Of a stretch of DNA of 20,000 bases, positions 8,681 through 19,706 are shown piece after piece. Below the pieces are notes generated by a model, which was given only the letters and a program-made list of their open reading frames with translations, ran no database searches and was not told where the DNA came from. Both the position numbers and the translations under genes were made by a program. Location of the stretch: the NCBI RefSeq assembly GCF_001186125.1, contig NW_014040245.1, positions 70,004 to 90,003 of the forward strand, in the 5' to 3' direction. Every line of letters starts with the position of its first letter. Positions within the stretch are counted from its first letter, which is position 1. This stretch comes from Sphaeroforma arctica JP610. Lineage: Eukaryota.

Positions 8681-11600
8681 CGTTTGTCTTGCCGTTCGAT
8701 GGCCTTGAGTTTTCTTTCCAAACCCTGCAATTGGTACAACGAGAAATCGGGAAACATCGTCATTAGCAGCGTGTACGTCCATGCAACTTGAAAATCGTAA
8801 TACATGTTCGGCCGTTCGCAGCACAGAGGCAAAATAGCTTACATCAAGTCGTTTCTATAGTAGACCGTGAATGGTTAAGTTAGAATATACAGCTGATTGT
8901 TTTTATATCTACCATCTGTTACAAAAGTAAAGTCTTCTCCGACCCCAACATTGTTTCTCTGAGCCTCGCCAAGCGCATTGGTCTGGTCAAACCCCAACGA
9001 GTACTATTGCCGCTTCAAGCAATAGAAATACCTCATTGGTATTAAGGCTCCGAGAAACAATCGTGGGGTCATTGCTACGAACAACTCACACCTCAAGGAT
9101 AGTTACAGAATTTTGCACTCCATCTCGAAATATCATTTTATACATAGTCCGCGTAAACGAACAGAAAGACAAAAGTACCTTAATAACCCCCTTGGGATTT
9201 GAACTACTCTCCTCCGACCCCACAATTGTTTCTCGAAGCCTCGCCAAGCGAATTGGACTGGTCAAACCCCAACGAATACTACTGCCGCTTCAAGCGGCAG
9301 AAATATTCATTGGGACCTGACTGGTTCAATACGCCTGGCGAGGCTCCGAGAAACCACCTTGGGTTCATTGCTACGAACAACTCACACCTCAAGGATAGCT
9401 ACAGATTTTGCACGCAATCTCGAAATATCATTTTACACATAGTCCGCGTAAACGAACAGAAAGACAAATGTACCTCAATAACCCCCTTGGGATTTGAACT
9501 ACTCTCTTCCGACCCTACAATTGTTTCTCGAAGCCTCGCCAAGCGAATTGGACTGGTCAAACCCCAACGAATACTACTGCCGCTCCAAAGCGGTAGAAAT
9601 ACTCATTGGGATTTGACTATTGGTTCAATGTGCCTGGCGAGGCTCCGAGAAACAATCGTGTGGCCATTGCTACGAACAACTCACACCTCAAGGATAGGTA
9701 CAGAATTTTACACGCCATCTCTAGATCTCATTTTACACATAGTCCATACCAACAAACAAACAATCAAACACACCTCAATCAACTCCTTGAGATTCAAATT
9801 ACTCTCCTCCGCTTCCCTCAATTTTTCATTGAGCTTCGACTTCTCTTTGAGCATGACGCGCAACTCCCTATCACGCGCTATACCCCACTGCCGGTACACT
9901 AGCAATGAACCATCGCCACCACCCTGAGCACCCTCGGCGTCTGACGCCATGTCGGAGACGGTGCCGCTGTTGCTTCGCACTTGGTCGGGAGTGGGGATGC
10001 GTGATAGCCGCTCTGAGGTTGAAAACAGCGGTTGTTGTGAATAGCTGGGTGTTAGATGTGCATCAGCATTTGTGAGAACAAAGGTCTGATTTCTGCCAGC
10101 GTGTGCATACGTGAAGGCCTAACAAGGCTCGGAAGTTGCATTGGCGTATAGTGTAAACGAGGTGCTGAGTGTACAGTATCGTGAATGATGAGCGCGATTT
10201 GTATGTGTGTGGGGTGCATCAGTCGTTGAAACCTATTCATTCCATAGATGTGCATGCATAGCGAATAATAATAAAATTGATCGTATTGGCCATAGACGAA
10301 CTCGACTGGTCCTAACAGAACAACACCATCGCTCAGCATACAAAAAGACCTCGACCAGTTTTTAAAACGCAGTCTCATCTAAACATAAGCACCTTATGGG
10401 CAACAGCTGGTCTAAAGCATCGAACCACGTACTGGTCCTATACTGCATACACGTGCTTGGTCAAGGCACCCAGGACACGGTGTACACGACCCGAAGTATT
10501 CGCACATGCCCTTACCTATACACCGCGCCCCTATTATTACCTGAGCTGGCTTGCCTGTTGCAGCTGTCACTCCGTCGCAACGCCTTCGCTTCGCGCAGTT
10601 CCCGCTCCTTCTCCTCGACAATGGAGAGTGTGCGTTGCTGATAATCCAACATCTGCTGCTTATACACCTCCCTGTCCCGTATACGTATGCGTTCTAGCTC
10701 GGTCTTGTCGCCCAGCAGTGTCTCACAATGTTTCTGTAGCTCCGCTTGGGTGTACAGTGCACTCGCCAGTTCCTGCTCTAACATGTGTATCTGAAGCCAT
10801 AGAGAGGTAAGGAGATGGGAATGGCGTGGACGCTTTGAGTTCGATTTAGGATGTTTAGGGCTGGGGATTGAGTTTGATGTCTGTAGCTTTCCTGGGAGTG
10901 TGCAGTGCACTCGTTATGTCCTCTTTTATTTTGCTAATGTGGATGAAATAGTTGAGAAATGCATATACTTTGAGTTTGTCCTGTTGGCCTGATAACTGCA
11001 ACTGTGAATGTGCATACTTCATTTTACATCCGGCCAAAGAAACTATGACAAAAGTATGGCACAGACTAACAGTAAAACAGAGTATCGCCCATCAATATGT
11101 AGAAGTTGAATGTTGGATCGCGGGCATTCATTTGAGATTGCGGAAAGTTTGAGAAGAACAGGGTGTGATCGCCAGCTGCTTCGGTCTACTAAACCCGCCG
11201 AAGTAAACTCGAGCCTATCTCAAGCGACCTTGTTGCGTCTACTGCATACGAACTCCCACTCACACATATGAAAATATCAATGATACACCCACTCACACAT
11301 CTGTGAATATCTATGATACACCCACTCACACATCTGTGATCTATGACACACCCACTCACACATCTGTGAATATCTATGATACACCCACTCGCACATCTGA
11401 GAATATCGATGAAACACCCTCTCACACATCTGAGAATATCGATGATACACCCACTCACACATCTGTGAATATCTATGATACACCCACTCAGCAAACAAAT
11501 GCACCAGCGGGCACGCGCCTGTACTCTGTAAGCGCTGACTCAACACATACTACGCTTGATTCTTTTCAACCCTTCAGCCACACACACACCTCATCCTGGG

Positions 11601-14600
11601 TCGTGGTGAGAAGCTTCTCCTTGATGCGCTCCACTTCCGCTTCCGTCAGGTCCAGATCAGCTAAGTCCTGTACGCTGTGCAGTCGCTTTAGTGCATTTGT
11701 GGGCGGCGCCTGTGATCCGGCTGAGTGCTTCTCCACTGTACCTGCCTCATCGGTTGTGCCGATTGCAGACACGTCCTCTGCAAATGCTTCAGATGCGGAT
11801 GCCTTCGTGCGGTCTGGGCATGTGCGTGGGTGTGGTTTGGTTGGGTGTTTGTGAGAATGTGATTGATGAACAGCCATGTTGGTGGGGAGTTTGCTTGTCA
11901 GCGAAACATGTCAGAACATGTTGTGCATTCAACTAACTAACCAGATAGATACCACGTGACGATACATGTGCCTTCCAAATGACTCGGCTGGCCTAAAACA
12001 ACTCATAAACACTAAACATCAACGCGTACAAATTAAACGGCAGCATTGGCATTCAGTCAACTTAAAAAGAAGACGAATACGGCATACACACCATGAAAAT
12101 CTGTACACATACCAAAAAAACACACACCTTCCTCCTCTGCGGTTGCCTGTGTCCTATCACTTCCATCCGTCCCGTGCACGTTCATATGATGATGCAGCAA
12201 GCCATTGGTGGCCTTGCTAACACCCCCATCACCACCATCGTTCAACCCGCTGTCATGGGCCTCACCCCGACTGTCGGCAGGAGAGGCACTCAGATCGTCT
12301 ATGACTGTGTGCAGCTCATCGATGCGGTCGTTGGCTTCGTTAATCTGTATCTGCAGTGCCTGTGATTCTTCCTCGGCCAAGCGACGGCGTTGGTCGTACT
12401 CTTCAAAAAGAACGGACATCTCTGTGACCTGCAAAGACGAATGGCATTTGTTTCGCCACCTATGAGTCGAATGATCTAGAGTTTTGCCCATTTTCAACTT
12501 TGTCGCGGAATTTGCTCATTGACAAACAACTGACAGCCTCTTCACCACAAGCAAAATACGTCCAGCAATCTGTCAAAGTACCTGAGCTATAAGACTGGCC
12601 TTCTCGCTTTCAACAGACTCGAATCGCATTGCCTGGGTCTGCTGTATTCTGGCTAGTTCACTAGCAGCCTGCTCAGCACGTGCGCGTTCAGCGATGGCAG
12701 ACGCCTTCAGGGCTTGCAGGTCTCCTTCCCTGCCTGCCAATTGCTTCCTCACCTGCAAGCACGAGATATTTTGTGAATGGCGCGGGTCACTAAAATACAA
12801 ATGGTATACTGTCACTTAATGATTGATTTCCATCTGGCAGGCAGGGTTTTCCCGTGATTTTAAAACCTTTAAGACGGCTATAAAGGGCGAGCGATCGTCC
12901 TTGCTTGGCCCTGCACTGAATCGTTTAGTGCGCATACATAACGTTCAACACTGATCCCCGCCATTCACCAGTCCCATATTTTCAAGATCCCAGAACTAAT
13001 GCATAGGAGCAGCGGTACATGGTCACACAACACAGTCTGCAGAAAAACACCCACAGATGTGTACTGTAACACAGGTGCACATACCGCCTGCTCGTGGGTC
13101 TTTCGCATCATAAAGAGCGACAATTGCAAAGCCTCCTTTTGCTGGGTAGCCTCCGCTAATTTTTGCCTTGTTTCTGACAACTCATTCGTCAATTGGTTGA
13201 TCTGAAGCAATAAACATATACGCTTATTGAATATGCAGTGATTAAGTTGCATGAGAAAAGGAGGCATCCAATACTCACACACGTAAGTACGGAATCTACA
13301 TTTAGTATATTCTCATAGGTTTATTTACTTTTTAAAGTAAAACTCTACACATGAATTTCACTCGTATGCGTCTTTGCGAGAAGGTATGCTCTTTTCGAAA
13401 AGGTACGCAGATGCCCACACACTTTTAATTTGTCATAGTCATCTAGAATCGATCTACAGACAAATGAGTCCGTACATATGAAGTGAGATTCAAGAGACAC
13501 ATGTATGAATCTCAGCGTTCTATCCATGTCTTACACTAGTGCTCACAACCGTTCAGACGGGCAAAATATATAACTACACACTCATCACCACATCTGAAGT
13601 CATGCGCCAGAATGAAGGGCGCGCACATGCCTCCGTACAGCTCTACGAAAAGAGAACACGGAATTGTGTATCTATGGCGGATGAGAGCTTAAACCATATG
13701 ATCTATACATGGACGATGTTCAAATTCATATATAATCGATCTCAAAAAGTCCTCTTGGACACATACTTGGGGCGTACACACCTGATCGAAAAACTTAGTA
13801 CCCCTATCCGTCAACTGGGTAACGGCGTTCTTTCCTAACTGCTCAGACTCCTGTGCCTTGTTCTGCAGTGAGAAACATGTGCGAGACTGAGCGGATAAGG
13901 CTACAACATGATTTTAATGTACTATGCAGATCGTGTATCGCCCATATACAAGTATGAAAGCTGGTCACTCCATGGAAGGGTTTATAGGCTCAGACTATAT
14001 CCAGCCAAAAATAAATTTGGTCCTTGAATAGCCAATTCCCTGCTACACTCGAGAAACCACGAGTTTGCACTTACAGACAGTAACCATACCGAATCAGCTA
14101 TAACAGACACGTGCACTATACCTCACCTTCAGAGAGGACAACTGGCCAATCATTATGTCTCTCTCTGACACCAACGAACTGATACGCCTGTCACGTTCGG
14201 ACACCTCCTGTTGGCGTTTGGCGATGGATTCCGACAACTGCGCCCCAAGAGCGGCGGTGCGCTCATCGGCCCGCGCTTCTAAGTGCTTATAATTGAATAG
14301 ACAGGTGAGGGGTTTGTATGAGCGGTATGTTACACTGGCTCAGAGCCTGAGACAAGGTATCTGCGTGGATATGGAATAGATAAAAACAGCTAGTGCTGTG
14401 CAAAATAATTGGGGGCGGCAGCCTGCGACGCATAGATGTGCTTATGGGACGACGTAGACGACGAGGAAACGTCACTGACTGTTGCCAATGGGTTGGCAGT
14501 CAATGGATAGGATGGATTGATTCAGACCATGATGACTCAGTGTGACACTCCTGCGCGTACTAGTATCTGACAATGCTATATATCGAAGAAATACTCACCT

Positions 14601-15155
14601 TTAACGAGGACCTGCTTCTTTCTAATAGTTTGCGCTTATCGTCCTGGAAATCACGTTGCATTGCTGTGGGTGGGCAAGCGGCCATCAAGTCATAAGTGAA
14701 AATACGAAACGACAAACGACTCCGTAGTATAATAAAATATCGTGAAGAAAAAAATCCGCCTCTCTCCATCGAGACATCGCGTGAGGAGAGCTAATATTGC
14801 GGGTAATTGTTACACAAAGAACAATACCACGATCGATCCACTCTGTGGTCCAATGTGTGTCCCGTCGCACATAGTAACCAAAAATAAATTCATCCGTTAT
14901 CACAATAATTCCTTCGATAGATGATTGCTATAAGCTCGCAGCCCGCATTAGAATTAGTACTGCGAGCTAGATTACTAACCTTATCGTCTAAGATGTGTTC
15001 AACTTTTAGTTGGTACATGGGTAAAAAACATCACCATTATCAAACAAAGCTTTACCATCATTGTAACACGCCTGTTGGAACGTACATCTATACTCCGGAA
15101 AGCTACATAATTAGTTGTAATGTTATTTTATATAAAATATATACATATATATATG

Positions 15156-15211
<56 letters not shown>

Positions 15212-15979
15212 NANANANATACATACTACTTACTACTANNNNNNNNNNNNNNNNNNNNNNNNNNNNNNNNNNNNNNNNNNNNNNNNNNNNNNNNNNNNNN
15301 NNNNNNNNNNNNNNNNNNNNNNNNNNNNNNNNNNNNNNNNNNNNNNNNNNNNNNNNNNNNNNNNNNNNNNNNNNNNNNNNNNNNNNNNNNNNNNNNNNNN
15401 NNNNNNNNNNNNNNNNNNNNNNNNNNNNNNNNNNNNNNNNNNNNNNNNNNNNNNNNNNNNNNNNNNNNNNNNNNNNNNNNNNNNNNNNNNNNNNNNNNNN
15501 NNNNNNNNNNNNNNNNNNNNNNNNNNNNNNNNNNNNNNNNNNNNNNNNNNNNNNNNNNNNNNNNNNNNNNNNNNNNNNNNNNNNNNNNNNNNNNNNNNNN
15601 NNNNNNNNNNNNNNNNNNNNNNNNNNNNNNNNNNNNNNNNNNNNNNNNNNNNNNNNNNNNNNNNNNNNNNNNNNNNNNNNNNNNNNNNNNNNNNNNNNNN
15701 NNNNNNNNNNNNNNNNNNNNNNNNNNNNNNNNNNNNNNNNNNNNNNNNNNNNNNNNNNNNNNNNNNNNNNNNNNNNNNNNNNNNNNNNNNNNNNNNNNNN
15801 NNNNNNNNNNNNNNNNNNNNNNNNNNNNNNNNNNNNNNNNNNNNNNNNNNNNNNNNNNNNNNNNNNNNNNNNNNNNNNNNNNNNNNNNNNNNNNNNNNNN
15901 NNNNNNNNNNNNNNNNNNNNNNNNNNNNNNNNNNNNNNNNNNNNNNNNNNNATATATATAATATATATATATATATAGT

Positions 15980-16039
<60 letters not shown>

Positions 16040-17391
16040 CAATATATATATATCTATATATATATATATATATATAATGACACTTATTCCAAATTCTTGA
16101 AGACAATCTACAAGATCATTCGAGTGCGGCATCCACTATATAAAATAATAGTCTGAATTATTTTCACGTCTGTATTCAATTCAGTTTTTTTAGAAATAGT
16201 TAGAAACTGACCCTGCATACCGATACCCAAATCGGAAAAATGCTACATACCTGATTTTTCTTTGGTGATAATGGACAGTGATGAGGCCAGAGTCTGCACC
16301 TTCTCATTCAATTTGCTGATCTTGTTCTCAGCTATCGTCAGTTCATCCTTGATTGCCTTATTGGTGGCTACCAACTTATTATTGGCATCCTTCTCCTTCT
16401 CAAAATTCAAGCTCAATGTCTCATACTGTCCGACACCGTCGTCCTCACGCCCTACCTCGTCATCTCGACCACCCTCGGCATTCACTGTGACGTCTGCACT
16501 GGGAGCCTCTAATCCTGTTGTAGTTGACATCTGTGATTGGTTGGACTCTTGATCCATGACTTTCCCAGACTTATCGGATGTCGGATCACTTGAGGATCCA
16601 TCTTCCTGCTCAACTGTAACAGTGACCACTGAACTGTCTGCACCCACTTCCGTGCTCGATGCTTCATTGCCAAAATCATTTTCCACACCCAAGTCCTTCA
16701 CACCATCCGAAGAGCTCTTCTCTACCACTGCCGTGTCTGCCTTCGAACTGTCTACTACAGGAGACGCAGAATCATTCTGAACGACTGAACCGGCGGGTTT
16801 ATCGTCGCCATGACCCACTACTTCTCCTATTGCTGTTGGTGTTTCTATAATGTCTACGACAGGTCCTACATCGATTTCTTCTTTAACTGTACATTCTACA
16901 GAATCATCCCTTAAACCCGGTGCACTGCTCTCCTCGGTGGGCAGCATCGCATCGAAACTGAGTTGCAACGCTTTATGTTCAGCCTGCAGACTCTTATAAG
17001 CATTCACCACATCGCTAAGACGCTGCCTATACTTCATAAACTGTGCTTGTGAGGCCTTCAACTCATACACCAGTTGATCTCTAGGCATTGCATTGTAATC
17101 CATCTCCTTGCGTCTCGGAGTGCCTTGTTGCTGGTTTTGCGCAGATTCGCCATTTCTTCCTTTGTCTCTACGAAGCCTTGGTGAAGGAGATGACTGAGAA
17201 GTCTGGTGTGGAGATGATACCATCCTAGGTGATCGTGTACTACTATTCCTACCTTGCGCTACCTGTACCTTGTTGTCATCTCTACCTTCCCCTCCACTGC
17301 CTGTAGAAGTAGCCCCCGTACTTGCACGCACGTATGTCTCTGCGTCTGACAGGAGTTTCTTCGGGTCCCATTTTTTCATGTTAGAAAACAT
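8161..17391 (-). CDS. GCC1: GRIP and coiled-coil domain golgin, GCC1/GCC88-like, 12 exons, ~1014 aa
   Basis: Exons 5'->3': 17391-16251, 14663-14599, 14285-14127, 13862-13782, 13201-13085, 12752-12582, 12428-12128, 11813-11590, 10790-10516, 10044-9774, 8724-8611, 8286-8161 (TGA). Phases are compatible (3045 nt). GCC1-type blocks: KYRQRLSDVVNAYKSLQAEHKAL; QTLASSLSIITKEKS|AMQRDFQDDKRKL; QVTEMSVLFEEYD; YQQRTLSIVEEKERELRE; C-terminal GRIP ENVNIEYLKNIVVKYF...HLAQAICMVLQCDPDE...KKWFT. Uncertain junctions: the AAG acceptor at 14286, and a second in-frame donor/acceptor pair (exon end 10541, exon start 10012) for intron 9. Confidence 0.85.
8934..9840. repeat. Tandem array of ~295-bp units (3 copies plus the homologous end of exon 10), each containing a long inverted repeat
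   Basis: Homologous anchors: GACCC at 8941, 9216, 9511 (exon equivalent at 9811) and YACCT at 9176, 9471, 9771. Periods are 275, 295 and 300 bp. Fold-backs span 8941-9070, 9216-9366 and 9511-9665. Confidence 0.92.
9216..9366 (-). ncRNA. Candidate intronic long hairpin RNA (pre-miRNA/hpRNA-like); sister copies at 8941-9070 and 9511-9665
   Basis: Gapless inverted repeat centred on 9291 with 75-nt arms. By hand count, 58/75 positions are Watson-Crick and 9 more are G:U in the minus-strand (pre-mRNA) transcript, versus only 3 G:U on the plus strand. Expression is not shown by the sequence. Confidence 0.4.
11254..11490. repeat. Minisatellite, ~7 x 33 bp (one 30-bp unit), GCC1 intron 8
   Basis: Unit GATACACCCACTCACACATCTGTGAATATCTAT starting at 11282, 11315, 11345, 11378, 11411, 11444 and 11477, plus a partial upstream copy. 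Confidence 0.93.
15158..15220. repeat. (TA)n microsatellite flanking an assembly gap
   Basis: About 25 consecutive TA units read directly. Confidence 0.95.
15239..15951. other. Assembly gap (N run) inside GCC1 intron 1
   Basis: Run of N. The flanking exons join seamlessly (KEKS|AMQRDF), so no constitutive coding exon needs to be hidden in the gap. Confidence 0.97.
15952..16076. repeat. (TA)n/(GT)n/(TA)n compound microsatellite
   Basis: About 25 GT units at 15981-16030, flanked by TA tracts. Confidence 0.95.
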
Positions 17392-17874
17392 GATTGAATT
17401 TGTGGAACAGATGTCAACAATAGCATCGAATCATCTGCGGTTACTGCACGCGTGTGTGCATACACTACGCATATACACCTCTGTGCATATATATATTACG
17501 AAGTATTCTGTATGTGTATTTATGTATATTTCCTGTTCTGTGTGCGCAAGTTGGAAGTTATTTTCTCTATTTAATAGATATCCCAGCTGCCAAAAGTGTC
17601 TTTTTTTATTTTTATACATAGATATTTTTATATTTTACAGACATAAAATTGTACCTGAAAATACATATATTTATAAAACGTTTTTATCAGTTGTTGGCTA
17701 TGATTAAACGGATAGAAAAAGGCTTTTTGATATTTTTACAGTCTGTATTTATTTTACTCGATGTTTCAAATTATTTTCAATTTTACAGAATCAAAACAAT
17801 GCACAAATAAATAGCCGTTGGCCCGATGCCGATACTTTTTTTTATTATGATTTTTTTTAACAAAACATTTATTA

Positions 17875-19220
17875 CAGAACCCTAAACCCTAAAATAATAC
17901 AGAGCAACCGTGATACTTATTTTAAAATTAGGAATTGAGGAGTCGAGTGTCTCTGGAAAGGGAATGCATGAGAGTATCGACGTCGAGTGTGTGTGCAAGT
18001 CACTCGGATTAACATCAGTGGGCGCAGCAGGAGAGATAGGTGGCGAATGGAATTCATCATAAGATTTAAGGCGCGGAATAGGGATAATATTATTTATTTC
18101 AAAAATGGCAAGTATGTATGATACAATGTATGAACATATGGAATGGCTCTCATAGTCGCTGTAGTGGTTCAGGAAAGATTGATGGGAAGAAGTGGTCAGT
18201 AAATTCCCGTTTGAAGCTTGGGCCAAGTGAGTCGACAATGGAAGATATGTGCTGAGTCAATTCGGGCCGGTGTTGACAAAATACTGTCACTATCGAATGT
18301 TCCATATATTCGCTTGCTGGCCTACTAAGTAGAGTACCCACCTCTGTGGTACGGATCGGGTCTGCGCCGTGTAGTGCCGCGGAATGGGTTACTGCAAAGT
18401 ACGAAATACCGAGAAGGACCAGGTTATCCGTCATAATCCGGTCGAGAAGCGAGGATGGGGGTAAGCCAATGCCGCACCAGACCAGGGATGAATTCGGTAT
18501 GTGTTGGCTGGCATGGATCGGAAGTATCATAGTCGGAACCAACAAGCGCGCTGATTTGGCTTGAACCGATATTTGGGAGTAGTATTTCAACAGCGTGATT
18601 AGCCGGGGTGTAGAAATACGGCCTCCGGTCAGTCTAAAANNNNNNNNNNNNNNNNNNNNGGGGTGGGGAAGGGGGGGGGGGATGGCAACATGCAGTGCTT
18701 CTGGCCTTCGTAGACCCAGGCTGACAAGGGTGGTCCCTACATGTCATCCATATTGGTCATTGTTAACATATTAATCGTCTACTTAGTTCAATCGAATTAT
18801 TAAGGATCCCTCGTTGTTGCTTGAATCTGACATCGGTCAAACCTATTCGTACTAGCTGATAGACAGGGTAGATGATACATAACTTAGATACAATCAAATA
18901 TTTATTGAGACACAGCTTTGTGCATGCAAACGATACTTCAAGGGTGAAGAACTGCACTGCTGGTATTGAACTAGGGGCGTGTAACGAAGTAGTCTTCTGG
19001 TTGTGCTTGCTGGTTCACACATGTGGGTCAATGCGTTAATGCCGTAGTACTGGACCGGAGGACAGGTGCAGGCACCTGGTGTCGGGCCTTGGGGCCGGTT
19101 GTGTCCAACCACGTACTTGGAAGTGTCTATTTTTGAACCCTAACTTTTATCTGTTTTCTGTATGTTGGGTTTCAATAAATAAAAAGCTATTTACAATATT
19201 TATTTTTAGAGGGGGTTCTG
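17875..19220. mobile_element. Possible non-autonomous DNA transposon (imperfect TIRs, TA target-site duplication)
   Basis: Left end TA|CAGAACCCTAAACCCTAAAATAATA. Right end, reverse-complemented: TA|CAGAACCCCCTCTAAAAATAAATA. Eight perfect terminal bases plus a CTAAAA(A)TAA block, with TA on both flanks. No recognisable transposase; includes an N gap at 18640-18659. Confidence 0.35.
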
Positions 19221-19314
19221 TATAGTTTGCACAGACAGGGTTCTGCATAGTTTGCACAGACAGGGTTCTCCATAGTTTGCACAGACAGGGTTCTTGTATA
19301 GTTTGCACAGACAG
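19213..19314. repeat. Minisatellite, 4 x 25 bp, upstream of the BLTP1-like gene
   Basis: GGGTTCTGCATAGTTTGCACAGACA-like units at 19213, 19238, 19263 and 19288. Confidence 0.93.
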
Positions 19315-19528
19315 TAGTATTATATGCCATATAAATATAATATAATATAGTTCCTTTATGTTCTATGTACTCTCTATTGAGCGTATTGCGCAGGGGATGA
19401 TATAGAATGTAGCTACATACCAGGCAAAGATTCACTATGGACATCTACGTTAGACAATGCCGTATATAGTCATCATTAAAAGAAAATCTATGCAAACTTA
19501 GAGTTTTAAATCTCTGATTTAGTCGACT

Positions 19529-19706
19529 ATGTCGTCCTTTGTAGATGGGGTAGACCTGTCGCTGACAGTGTTTATCTTTGTGACAGCGTTGGCCTGTCTG
19601 TGGCTTTTATACCTACTATTTTACCATAGTATGGTTATGGGCAAGCTCATCGAAGTGCTCATCAATAACTTCGTGTTCAAGAACGGCGATCAACAGATAA
19701 AAATAG
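19529..19706 (+). CDS. BLTP1: Bridge-like lipid transfer protein 1 (KIAA1109/Tweek/Csf1 family), first coding exon with N-terminal transmembrane anchor; gene continues beyond the right edge
   Basis: MSSFVDGVDLSLTVFIFVTALACLWLLYLLFYHSMVMGKLIEVLINNFVFKNGDQQIKIG| with donor GTAATG at 19707. It parallels the KIAA1109 N-terminus as I recall it (LLVATILSCGWIIYLTYYNSRNVGLILTLVLNRLYKHGYIHIG). Confidence 0.75.

Noticed and set aside
9036..9927. Plus-strand ORFs of 94-242 aa across the tandem array
   Set aside because: Frames shift between repeat units (295-bp period), starts are non-ATG, and the 3' part is antisense to GCC1 exon 10.
14474..14503. Small hairpin TGACTG(TT)GCCAA-TGGG-TTGGCAGTCA in GCC1 intron 2
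   Set aside because: About a 10-bp stem with a bulge; expected by chance in 20 kb.
14921..16132. ORFs of 298-346 aa in the ORF track
   Set aside because: Artefacts of the N gap and TA/GT microsatellites.
17440..17655. Possible 5'UTR intron of GCC1 (CAG|GTAC donor near 17654, GCAG acceptors near 17435-17447)
   Set aside because: Plausible, but cannot be supported without transcript data because no reading frame constrains it.
17878..17892. Telomere
   Set aside because: Only two telomere-like units in an internal position; treated as part of the putative TIR instead.
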